A stretch of 64,000 bases of DNA from Sedimentisphaerales bacterium (GCA_963666285.1 OY762711.1); one strand, 5' to 3'; positions 8,710-17,844 are shown, counted from the first letter of the stretch. Program-made: numbers and translations. The notes: a model not told the origin generated them from the sequence alone.

Positions 8710-9795
8710 ATGGCAGATGTAACAGATAAAATAAATATAATATCGCCGATGCTAAGAGGGCTGCTGGCGAAAGATGATATACGGCCTGTGATCAGTTTTG
8801 TTGAAGCAGCTGACTGCAAATGCAGCGGAGTAAAAGTATCTATCAGCGATTACGATGAAGCTAAGGTACTGGAGGCCCTGGCCGGAGCGGTACAAGGTAA
8901 AGATGCAGAATGTGTCGAGGTTGAAGGTGTCGGCTGCTTTAATGTGAAATATCCCGAACCGGACCCTGTTAAACGGGTATGCGGCAAGGTAGCGATTGTG
9001 ACCGGTGCGGCGCAAGGGTTTGGGCTTGAGATAGCACAGGATCTGGTCGGACAGGGAGCGTATGTGGTGCTGGCGGACCTTAATATCGAAGCGGCAGAAA
9101 ACGAAGCGAAACTGCTGCAGGAAAAGTTCGGCGCTGATAATGCATATGCTATAAAGATGAATGTGACCGATCTGGTATCGATAAAGGAAGCGATATCAAC
9201 TGTCGTGAAGAGATACGGCGGGTTTGATGTGTTTGTCTCTAATGCCGGTGTGCTGAAGGCTGAAAGTGTGAAGACACAGCCGGAGAAGGATTTCGATTTT
9301 GTTACGGCGGTAAACTATAAAGGCTATTTTCTGACGACCCAGGTGGTATCGCAGATATTGAGCCGCCAGAATAAAGCTAACCGGTCGCTCTATAGCGATA
9401 TTATCCAGATAAACTCCAAGAGCGGGCTGGTCGGTTCTAACAGGAACGGAGCTTATGCCGGCGGCAAGTTCGGCGGGATCGGGTTGACCCAGTCGTTTGC
9501 GTTGGAATTGATCGATGACGGGATAAAAGTTAACTCGATCTGTCCTGGTAATTTCTTTGATGGGCCGCTCTGGTCTGAGCCTACGAACGGGCTGTTTGCC
9601 CAGTATCTGAGGACGGGTAAGGTGCCAGGTGCCAAGACAATCGAAGATGTAAAACATTTTTATGAAGAAAAGGTGCCGATGAAACGCGGGTGTACGACCG
9701 CTGATGTGATGAAGGCGGTGTATTACCTGATCGAACAGAAATATGAAACCGGGCAGGCAGTACCTGTTACCGGCGGACAAGTAATGTTAAATTAA
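8710..9795 (+). CDS. SDR oxidoreductase, sorbitol-6-phosphate 2-dehydrogenase (SrlD/SorD)-like, with about 90-aa N-terminal extension
   Basis: TGAAQGFG, NAG, IIQINSKSG...YAGGKFGGIGLTQSFALEL. Confidence 0.85.
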   Translation: MADVTDKINIISPMLRGLLAKDDIRPVISFVEAADCKCSGVKVSISDYDEAKVLEALAGAVQGKDAECVEVEGVGCFNVKYPEPDPVKRVCGKVAIVTGAAQGFGLEIAQDLVGQGAYVVLADLNIEAAENEAKLLQEKFGADNAYAIKMNVTDLVSIKEAISTVVKRYGGFDVFVSNAGVLKAESVKTQPEKDFDFVTAVNYKGYFLTTQVVSQILSRQNKANRSLYSDIIQINSKSGLVGSNRNGAYAGGKFGGIGLTQSFALELIDDGIKVNSICPGNFFDGPLWSEPTNGLFAQYLRTGKVPGAKTIEDVKHFYEEKVPMKRGCTTADVMKAVYYLIEQKYETGQAVPVTGGQVMLN

Positions 9796-9820
9796 AAAAC
9801 AACAGTTTTTTAATTTAACA

Positions 9821-9983
9821 AGTGAAGAACTAAGAGTGAAGAGTGAAGAGTTGCGGTGTCGCTGACGCGACCTTAAATAAAGTATAAAGTGTAAAATAAA
9901 AAGTGTAAAGATGGTGTTCGCTAACGCTCACAACTTAAATTTAGAGCAAACGCGACGTTATTTTTAATCGGCTAAAGCCGATA
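9821..9983 (+). repeat. composite intergenic repeat: module B, module A and a mini-hairpin
   Basis: (agtgaag)n ttgcggtgtcgctgacgcgacc; aaagtataaagtgtaaaataaaaagtgtaaagatggtgt; atcggctaaagccgat. Confidence 0.88.
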
Positions 9984-10045
9984 ATGTCGAGCTCCCGAAA
10001 ATCGGGATTACATTCGGCTCGGCGTTCCCAGGAAGGAATAGGACA

Positions 10046-11713
10046 ATGGAAAATACAATACCAGCAAACCAGCAGGCAATCCAGCTTGTAGGTGAAGATA
10101 AACTGATACATAATACCGATAAGCCGGTTGATAAGCCGGGCCCGTACCAGATACTGCTGAAAGTTGAGGCACTGGGTTTATGTTTCTCTGACCTGAAACT
10201 GCTCAAGCAGTTCAATAACCATGTGCGTAAGAGCGAGATACTGTCTGGAATTGACCCGGCAGTCTTGAAAGAACTGCCGAGCTATAAGCCGGGGACAGAG
10301 CCGGTTGTGCCGGGCCATGAGGCGTATGGTGTAATTGTCGCGGTCGGTGATAAGGTAACCCATCATAAAGCGGGTGAAAAGGTACTGGTCCAGACAGACT
10401 ATCGCTGGCTGAAGACAAAGAACTCCAACTCTGCGTTCGGGTATAATATCGAAGGCGGGCTGCAGCAGTATGTGATACTGGACGAGCGAGTGATAATTGA
10501 GCCTGACAGCGGCGAAAGTTTCCTGATACCGGTTGATAAGGATATCAGTGCAGCGTCTATCGCACTGGTGGAGCCCTGGGCGTGTGTGGAAAGCTCTTAT
10601 ATAACCGAAGAGCGTAATACATTAAAGCCGGGCGGACGGCTGCTGGTAGTGAAGGATGAGGGAAAGAGTATAAGCGGGATCGCGGCGAGCTTATCAGATA
10701 AAGGTGAGCCGGCGGAAGTTACTACATTCGGAGTTAACAGCGACCTGGCGGATATTGAAACTGACGCTAAAGAAGCGGCGAGCCTGGCTGAGCTGCCAGC
10801 TGAATATTATGACGATATTATCTATTTCGGTTCTGATAAAGCGACAATCGAGCTGCTGGATGAAAAGCTGGCGGCCCAGGGTATAATCAATATCGTACTT
10901 TGCGGTGACAAGATCGGTGAAGAAGTATCGGTTGGTGTCGGCCGCACTCATTACGGTATGACACGCTGGATCGGAACGGTCGGATGTGATGCGTGTGAAA
11001 GCTATAAGACAGTGCCGGCGATGGGCGAGATACGACCGAATGATAAGGTCCTTATTATCGGAGCTGCCGGACCGATGGGGCAGATGCATGTTATCCGGGT
11101 ATTGTCGCTGGAGACCGAGAACCTGACCGTAGTTGGAACTGACTTTGACGATGAGCGGATCGAATCGCTGGCAGCGAAAGCCGAGCCGCTGGCGAAACAG
11201 AATAATGTGAAGTTGTCGCTGGTCAATCCTAAAAACAATCCTGTGACTGACAAGTTCAGCTACTTTGCGATAATGGCACCGGTTGGACCACTGGTCGCAC
11301 AGGCGATTAAGGACAGCAGCGAAGGTGCTTTAATAAATATCTTTGCGGGTATCCCGGCGACGGTTAAGCAGGAGATAGACCTGGACCTTTATATTGCCAA
11401 TAAGTGCTTCATGTTTGGTACGAGCGGATCGCGCTTGTCTGATATGAAGATCGTACTGGAGAAAGTTTTGACCGGTAAGCTGAATACTAATTGTTCGGTG
11501 GATGCGATATCCGGTATAGCCGGTGCGATTGACGGTATCCGAGCGGTAGAAGCACGAGCGCTGGCAGGTAAGATAATCGTGTTCCCGCAGAAGCCTGATA
11601 TGCCGCTGACACCGCTGACCGAACTGGCAGAGAAGATGCCGGAAGTGGCCGCGAAGCTGGATAACGGGCTGTGGACAAAAGAAGCGGAAGAAGAGTTGCT
11701 AAAGCAGGGATAA
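10046..11713 (+). CDS. Zn-dependent MDR oxidoreductase, L-sorbose-1-phosphate reductase (SorE)-like, extended
   Basis: GLCFSD and PGHE Zn motifs, LVEPWACV, GAAGPMG, GTSGS. Confidence 0.8.
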   Translation: MENTIPANQQAIQLVGEDKLIHNTDKPVDKPGPYQILLKVEALGLCFSDLKLLKQFNNHVRKSEILSGIDPAVLKELPSYKPGTEPVVPGHEAYGVIVAVGDKVTHHKAGEKVLVQTDYRWLKTKNSNSAFGYNIEGGLQQYVILDERVIIEPDSGESFLIPVDKDISAASIALVEPWACVESSYITEERNTLKPGGRLLVVKDEGKSISGIAASLSDKGEPAEVTTFGVNSDLADIETDAKEAASLAELPAEYYDDIIYFGSDKATIELLDEKLAAQGIINIVLCGDKIGEEVSVGVGRTHYGMTRWIGTVGCDACESYKTVPAMGEIRPNDKVLIIGAAGPMGQMHVIRVLSLETENLTVVGTDFDDERIESLAAKAEPLAKQNNVKLSLVNPKNNPVTDKFSYFAIMAPVGPLVAQAIKDSSEGALINIFAGIPATVKQEIDLDLYIANKCFMFGTSGSRLSDMKIVLEKVLTGKLNTNCSVDAISGIAGAIDGIRAVEARALAGKIIVFPQKPDMPLTPLTELAEKMPEVAAKLDNGLWTKEAEEELLKQG

Positions 11714-11722
11714 GTGATATGT

Positions 11723-11753
11723 CATAAGGGAAGGAAACGCCTGCGGCGAAACT
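11723..11753 (+). repeat. intergenic module C, copy 2
   Basis: cataagggaagga followed by cgcc-tgc-ggcg hairpin and aaact. Confidence 0.7.
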
Positions 11754-11792
11754 TATAATAAAAAACAATAAGTAGGAAAACGGAAACGGATT

Positions 11793-12857
11793 ATGGAAAT
11801 ATTGCAGATAATAACCGAATTGTCGCACGAGTTTGGTACAAGTGACTATGTACGCGGCGGCGGTGGTAATACATCATGTAAGAGTACTGAAACACTGTGG
11901 GTAAAACCATCCGGTACAACGCTGGCCGGGTTGAAGCCCGAACTATTTGTTGCACTTGACCGTGAGAATCTGGGCGGGCTGTATAAGGTAGAGACACCGA
12001 CAGAGCCGGCTGAGAGAGAAGTACTGGTAAAGGATATAATGGCAAACGCGGTAATGCTGGGCAGTAAAGGTCGTGCATCGGTTGAAGCACCGCTGCATGA
12101 TTCGCTGAGTGCGACTTATGTTGTACATACGCATCCATATTTAGTTAACGGTATGACCTGCGGAAAAGAAGGTAAGGCCAAATGCAAAGAGCTGTTTCCA
12201 GATGCGCTGTGGCTGGACTATATCGACCCGGGCTATACGCTGTGTATGTTTGTTCGTGAAGAGATCAAGAAATATGCCGAGGCGAACGGCCAGGAGCCGA
12301 AGATGATCTTTTTGAAGAATCATGGCGTCTTTGTCGCCGGTGATACAGCAGATGAAGTTCGCGGAATCTATAAGACGATTATTGATACGCTAACGAATTA
12401 CTACGATGAAAAAGGGATTACAGCCGAACTGGCAGTTGAGCCGGACCCGGACGATGACGCAGTTGACCAGGTTGGGCTGAAGCTGGCAGAATGTTTGAGC
12501 GATGAGACTGTCGCAGTTGCGGCATGCGGGATGTTTGACTATCCGCAAGGACCGATTACGCCGGACCATATAGTATATGCGAAGTCTTATCCGTTTGTCG
12601 GCGAGCCGAGTGAGGAAGCGATTAATGAGTTCAAAGCCAAACATGGATACGAGCCAAAGATAGTAGTCTGCTCGGATGCCGTATTTGGTATCGGGCCGAC
12701 AGAGACCAAGGCGGCTCTGGCACTGGAGCTGGCTATTGATGGAGCAATTGTTTTGAAACTAGCGGAAGCTTTTGGCGGAATTGATCTTATGACGGACCAG
12801 GCACGTGAATTTATCGAAAACTGGGAAGTTGAATCTTACCGAAGCAAACAGATCTAA
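11793..12857 (+). CDS. class II aldolase/adducin family protein (RhaD-like N-terminal half of aldolase-SDR fusions)
   Basis: GGGGNTS, KPSG, SVEAPLH, VHTHP, LKNHG, TPDH, WEVESYR. Confidence 0.88.
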   Translation: MEILQIITELSHEFGTSDYVRGGGGNTSCKSTETLWVKPSGTTLAGLKPELFVALDRENLGGLYKVETPTEPAEREVLVKDIMANAVMLGSKGRASVEAPLHDSLSATYVVHTHPYLVNGMTCGKEGKAKCKELFPDALWLDYIDPGYTLCMFVREEIKKYAEANGQEPKMIFLKNHGVFVAGDTADEVRGIYKTIIDTLTNYYDEKGITAELAVEPDPDDDAVDQVGLKLAECLSDETVAVAACGMFDYPQGPITPDHIVYAKSYPFVGEPSEEAINEFKAKHGYEPKIVVCSDAVFGIGPTETKAALALELAIDGAIVLKLAEAFGGIDLMTDQAREFIENWEVESYRSKQI

Positions 12858-13185
12858 GTGAAAATCTTTTGGTGCCCCGATGTACATCGGGAGCTATTAA
12901 TATAGTTTGCGTAAAAGGCAATATAAATAGAAGTAAGAATAACTACTATCTATAGTAGTGCAAAACCGGGCATCAAGCCCTAATTATCAATAACAATCGA
13001 ATACGGAATTTAATTAAATCAGCAGGAGATATTGCGGTTTTTCCTGCTGCGCGTATATTTTAACACCGGTAGTGTTCATATTCGGACCACTGCTTTTTAA
13101 CCTTTACAGAGTACATATATAGAATATAATAAAACGTAAATCTATCCGAATTGTATCTTGTAATAAAAATGAAAGGGTAATTGCT

Positions 13186-14652
13186 ATGAGCGAAAAGCAT
13201 GCATATGCAGCTGTTGACCTTGGGGCTGAGAGCGGCCGCGTGGTCAAGGGCATCCTGAGTAACGGGAAACTAGAACTGGAAGAGATCAACAGGTTCAAAA
13301 ACGGACTTGTCCCTATCGATGGTCACGATCACTGGAACCTGATCAGGTTGTACGAGAATATGATCGAGGCGTTTAAGATCTGTGCCAAGAGCGACGTGCC
13401 AATCGAAAGTATTGGTGTGGATTCCTGGGGAGTGGACTTTGCCCTGATGGCTGAGGATAATGCCCTGATGGGATTGCCGGTGGCTTACCGTGACAGCCGA
13501 ACCGACGGGATGATGGAGAAGCTGTTTGAGAAGATGCCTAAGGATAAGGTTTACGAGAAGACCGGAATCCAGTTTATGAAGTTTAACTCTGTTTACCAGC
13601 TGTTTTCACTTACCCAGGCGAATAAGTCATGGATGGATAAGGTGACAGACTTTCTTATGGTGCCGGACTATTTTCATTTTCTGTTTACCGGTAAAAAGAC
13701 CAATGAATACACAAACGCATCTACCACCCAGCTGCTGAACGTTGAGACAGGTACATGGGACACAGAGCTGCTGGAGACTATTGGTATTAATCCTTCGATA
13801 TTCAAAGAGCTGATCAAGCCGGGAACAAAGATCGGACCGATCACCGAGCAACTTCAGCAGGCGACAGGACTGGGACCGGTTCCGGTGATTGCCCCTGGTA
13901 CGCATGATACTGCATCGGCAGTTGCGGCTGTACCGGCGGAAGGCGGCAAATGGGCATATATAAGCTCAGGCACCTGGTCGCTGATGGGTATTGAAGCCGA
14001 TAAGCCAAACAGCACGCAGAAAGCCTTTGGATATAACTTCACAAATGAAGGCGGCGTATTTAATACGATCAGATTTTTGAAGAATATCATGGGACTGTGG
14101 CTGGTGCAGAGATGCAGGGCTGCATTTGACAAGGAGATCGACTATGGTACACTGACACAGATGGCGGCAGATGCCCCGGCGTTTGTAAGCCTGGTGGATC
14201 CGGATTGCGATGCGTTTATGAACCCTGCATCAATGACAGATGCGATAGATGAATTCTGTAAGAAGACCGGTCAGCCGGTGCCTGCGTCGGAAGGTGCATA
14301 TGTACGCTGCTGCCTGGAGAGCCTGGCACTGCAGTATCGACTGGTACTGGATATGCTGGGTGATGTATATGAAACCGATTTCGATAAGATTAATATCGTT
14401 GGCGGCGGCACCCAGAATAAACTGCTGAACCAGTTTACTGCTGATGCATGTAACGCGGAAGTTGTGACCGGTCCGATTGAAGCTACAATAATCGGAAATG
14501 TGATCATGCAGGCTATCGGAATGGGGCATATCAAGGACCTGAGCGAAGGGCGTCAGATAATACGCAACTCGTTCGAGATGGAGACATTTAAGCCTGGTAA
14601 TGCCGCGGCATGGGACGAGCAATACGAACGGTTTAAGAAGTTGAAAAAATAG
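13186..14652 (+). CDS. rhaB: rhamnulokinase
   Basis: AVDLGAESGR, GVDSWGVD, HDTASA, YISSGTWS, FTNEGG. Confidence 0.95.
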   Translation: MSEKHAYAAVDLGAESGRVVKGILSNGKLELEEINRFKNGLVPIDGHDHWNLIRLYENMIEAFKICAKSDVPIESIGVDSWGVDFALMAEDNALMGLPVAYRDSRTDGMMEKLFEKMPKDKVYEKTGIQFMKFNSVYQLFSLTQANKSWMDKVTDFLMVPDYFHFLFTGKKTNEYTNASTTQLLNVETGTWDTELLETIGINPSIFKELIKPGTKIGPITEQLQQATGLGPVPVIAPGTHDTASAVAAVPAEGGKWAYISSGTWSLMGIEADKPNSTQKAFGYNFTNEGGVFNTIRFLKNIMGLWLVQRCRAAFDKEIDYGTLTQMAADAPAFVSLVDPDCDAFMNPASMTDAIDEFCKKTGQPVPASEGAYVRCCLESLALQYRLVLDMLGDVYETDFDKINIVGGGTQNKLLNQFTADACNAEVVTGPIEATIIGNVIMQAIGMGHIKDLSEGRQIIRNSFEMETFKPGNAAAWDEQYERFKKLKK

Positions 14653-14684
14653 TTAGCGGTTAGCAGAAAGCATAGCTGTTTATT

Positions 14685-15077
14685 ATGAATCATGTTGGAA
14701 AGAAATTATGGGTTGTGCCGGACGGATATATACCGGCATTAACTGACAACGACAAGGATAACGTTAACGGATATCTGTCACACGAATGCGCGTGCATACT
14801 GAATTGCGGGCCTGGTGATGCCGAGATAGAGCTGACAGTCTATTTTGAAGATTGTGAACCGGTTGTGATCGGCGGCATAGTAGTGCCGGCGAGGCGCAGT
14901 TCGCACCTCAGAATGGACGAGCTGGAAATCGACGGTAAAGCCGCGATACCACGAGCGAAACCCTATTCGCTGGTGGTGAAGAGCAGTACGGCGGTGGTGG
15001 TGCAGATGTCCAGATTGGATACAACACAAACAAATATGGCATTTTTATCAACAATGGCTATACCATATGACATTTAA
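14685..15077 (+). CDS. ASRT (sensory rhodopsin transducer) family protein
   Basis: GKKLWVVPDGYIP...SHECACILN...YFED...VVVQMSRLDTTQ signature. Confidence 0.85.
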   Translation: MNHVGKKLWVVPDGYIPALTDNDKDNVNGYLSHECACILNCGPGDAEIELTVYFEDCEPVVIGGIVVPARRSSHLRMDELEIDGKAAIPRAKPYSLVVKSSTAVVVQMSRLDTTQTNMAFLSTMAIPYDI

Positions 15078-15100
15078 TAAGAAATAATGGAGAATCTAGT

Positions 15101-16366
15101 ATGTCAAAGAATATTGAACAAGCTTACGAAATTGCAAAAGAAAAGTATGCAGCGATCGGAATTGATACCGAAGCGGCGATGAAGAAACTTGAGACCGTGC
15201 CAGTGTCAATTAATTGCTGGCAGGGAGACGATGTGGGCGGTTACGAACACGTGGGCGGCGCAGAGCTGACCGGCGGTATCCAGACGACCGGAAACTACCC
15301 GGGTAAGGCTCGCACAATAGATGAGCTTCGCAGCGATATCGAAAAAGCCATAAGCCTGATACCTGGCAACCATCGATTGAACCTTCATTCATGCTACCTG
15401 GATAATGGCGGCAAGTTTATCGATCGTAACGAGATGGAGCCCAGCCATTTCCAGAGCTGGATAGACTGGGGTAAGGGCAAGCTTCACGGGATGGACTTTA
15501 ACCCGACCTATTTCTCACACGATAAAGCCGGTGACGGTTTTACCTTGAGCCATCCGGACAAGGGAATCCGCGATTTCTGGATCGAGCATGGTATTGCATG
15601 CCGAAAGATCGGTGCGGAAATGGGTAAACAGTTCGGTACAACAACAGTAACAAACTACTGGATGCCGGATTCATATAAAGATACACCGGCTGACCGTGTT
15701 GCACCTCGCGAACGTATGGCCGATTCGCTGGACAAGATTTTTGTTGAAGATATCGATCCGAAGCTGCACCTGGATGCGGTTGAATCAAAACTGTTTGGTA
15801 TCGGCGGCGAAAGCTATACTGTAGGATCGCACGAATTCTTTATGGGTTATGCGGTATCACGTCAGAAGGTACTATGTCTGGACGCGGGTCACTACCATCC
15901 AACAGAAATGATCTCAGAAAAGATTTCATCTGTAATGATGTTCTGCCCGGAACTACTGCTACATGTAAGCCGTCCAGTTCGTTGGGACAGCGACCACGTA
16001 GTATGTTTCGATGACGAACTACAGCAGATTGCCAAAGAGCTGGTCCGCAGCGGCAAGCTGGAAAAGGTACATATCGGACTGGACTTCTTTGACGCCTCTA
16101 TCAACCGTGTAGCGGCATGGGTAATCGGTACCCGTAATATGGTTAAGGCAATGCTCTTTGCCATGCTGGAGCCAACCGAAACTCTGCGTAAGATTGAACT
16201 GGAAATGAACTATACCGAGCGACTGGTAATATTCGAAGAATTGAAGACAATGCCTTGGGCAGCTGTATGGGATTACTACTGCATGAAACAGGGAGCTCCT
16301 GTCGGCCTGGACTGGTTCAAGGTTGTTAAGCAGTATGAAAAAGAAGTTCTGTCCAAACGCGGCTAA
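15101..16366 (+). CDS. rhaA: L-rhamnose isomerase
   Basis: CWQGDDV, DFNPT, DAVESKLFGIG, HVSRPVRWDSDH. Confidence 0.97.
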   Translation: MSKNIEQAYEIAKEKYAAIGIDTEAAMKKLETVPVSINCWQGDDVGGYEHVGGAELTGGIQTTGNYPGKARTIDELRSDIEKAISLIPGNHRLNLHSCYLDNGGKFIDRNEMEPSHFQSWIDWGKGKLHGMDFNPTYFSHDKAGDGFTLSHPDKGIRDFWIEHGIACRKIGAEMGKQFGTTTVTNYWMPDSYKDTPADRVAPRERMADSLDKIFVEDIDPKLHLDAVESKLFGIGGESYTVGSHEFFMGYAVSRQKVLCLDAGHYHPTEMISEKISSVMMFCPELLLHVSRPVRWDSDHVVCFDDELQQIAKELVRSGKLEKVHIGLDFFDASINRVAAWVIGTRNMVKAMLFAMLEPTETLRKIELEMNYTERLVIFEELKTMPWAAVWDYYCMKQGAPVGLDWFKVVKQYEKEVLSKRG

Positions 16367-16398
16367 TTACTAGCTGATTTTTCAAAAAAGTCAATATT

Positions 16399-16437
16399 GC
16401 ACGGATGTTTGGATATCATCTGAACGTCCGTGCTTTT
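16399..16437 (+). terminator. intrinsic terminator after rhaA
   Basis: gcacggatgtttgga...tctgaacgtccgtgc then tttt. Confidence 0.7.
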
Positions 16438-16517
16438 GTCGTATCATAAGCGATGTGTCAGGGGGACTGGATCACAGCCCTGAATACGAAATTCTACTTC
16501 ACAATCAGGAGATTATT

Positions 16518-17765
16518 ATGGATCTTAACATTCTTGCAGAAGCAAATCCGACTGTAGGTATAATTATTTTTATGCTCGGCGGTCTGGCCGGAGCAGTATT
16601 TTATACTCCTCTGAAAAAGGTAAAAGACTGGGCCTGGGAAAGCTACTGGATGATCTATGCAGTGTTTGCCTTGCTAATTGTACCCATTGTGCTGGCATTT
16701 ATTGTATCGCCCAATTTCATATCAGTAATCAAAGCATCACCAAAAGAAGAAGTCATAAAATGCTTTATATGCGGAGCAGCATGGGGCATCGGCGGTCTGA
16801 CCTGGGGACTAATGATCCGCTTTCTCGGATTTGGCCTGGGCCTGGCGTTAGGTTGCGGTATCTGTTCAGCAGCAGGAACATTTCTGCCACCAATAATAAA
16901 AGGTGGAGAAGATTTGAATAAATTATTCACAACAAATGGCGGTAAAATATCAGTCTTAAGTGCGATCATATCAGTTGCCGGTATAGTATTTGTTGGCATG
17001 GCAGGTATGAGTAAAGAAAATGAACTGCCGGAAGAAGAAAAGAAAAAGGCAGTTGCAGAATTTAATTTCAAAAAAGGCATTATCGCTGTTTTATTTTCAG
17101 GCTTGATGAGTTCGGCAATGAGTATCGGCCTGCAAGGCGGACCAACAATTGAATCGTTGGCAAAGACCACTGAGCCAGTGACAAATATCGCCTGGGCCGG
17201 AATACCTGTATTAGTAGTTGTATTACTAGGCGGTTTTATTATTAATGCCGGATGGTGCCTGATATTAAATATCAAAAATAAGACAACCGGCGACTACGTA
17301 AAGAGCAGCTCACCGATTTTACCGAATCTTATTTTTGCCGCTATTGCCGGTGCTATCTGGTGTTCACAGTTTATCTGCTTTAAGACAGGTGAGCCACAGA
17401 TGGGCGATACAGCTTATATAGGCTGGGCAGTACTAATGGCAAGTTCAATTCTATTCAGCCAGGTAATAGGCATGTTCTTTGGCGAATGGAAAGGCGTAAG
17501 TAAAAAGACAATGCAGCTGCTTGTCATTGGCTTAATTCTACTAATCGTTTCAGCAGTAGTTGCCGGTTACAGCGGAAAAGTCGCAAAAGATGAAGCTGCA
17601 AAAGTTGAAAGTGCTGCTGCCGGTCAGTTAGAAAAGACAGATGAACCTGCCCCGGTTATGCCGGCGAAGAAACTCACGCCTGCGGTAAAAACAGATGAAG
17701 CTGCCGGGGCAGTAGAAGAAGCAGTTGAAAAGGTCGAAGAAGCTGCCGAGGATATGAAGCAGTAG
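16518..17765 (+). CDS. rhaT: L-rhamnose/H+ symporter with a charged C-terminal tail
   Basis: FYTPLKKVKDWAWESYW, WGIGGLTWG, GEWKG; start moved to the ATG after CAGGAG. Confidence 0.92.
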   Translation: MDLNILAEANPTVGIIIFMLGGLAGAVFYTPLKKVKDWAWESYWMIYAVFALLIVPIVLAFIVSPNFISVIKASPKEEVIKCFICGAAWGIGGLTWGLMIRFLGFGLGLALGCGICSAAGTFLPPIIKGGEDLNKLFTTNGGKISVLSAIISVAGIVFVGMAGMSKENELPEEEKKKAVAEFNFKKGIIAVLFSGLMSSAMSIGLQGGPTIESLAKTTEPVTNIAWAGIPVLVVVLLGGFIINAGWCLILNIKNKTTGDYVKSSSPILPNLIFAAIAGAIWCSQFICFKTGEPQMGDTAYIGWAVLMASSILFSQVIGMFFGEWKGVSKKTMQLLVIGLILLIVSAVVAGYSGKVAKDEAAKVESAAAGQLEKTDEPAPVMPAKKLTPAVKTDEAAGAVEEAVEKVEEAAEDMKQ

Positions 17766-17844
17766 AAGTGTAAAGTGTAAAATTAAAAGTGTAAAGAAGG
17801 TGTCGCTTGCGCGACCTGATTTTTAAGGCTAACGCAAGATGTAA
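17766..17844 (+). repeat. module A copy matching the left flank of the four-helix-bundle gene but with no gene
   Basis: aagtgtaaagtgtaaaattaaaagtgtaaagaaggtgtcgcttgcgcgacctgatttttaaggctaacgcaag-ATG-TAA. Confidence 0.9.

Noticed and set aside
5049..17844. Repeats as a CRISPR array
   Set aside because: They are dispersed between genes with no regular repeat-spacer period, and no cas genes are present.
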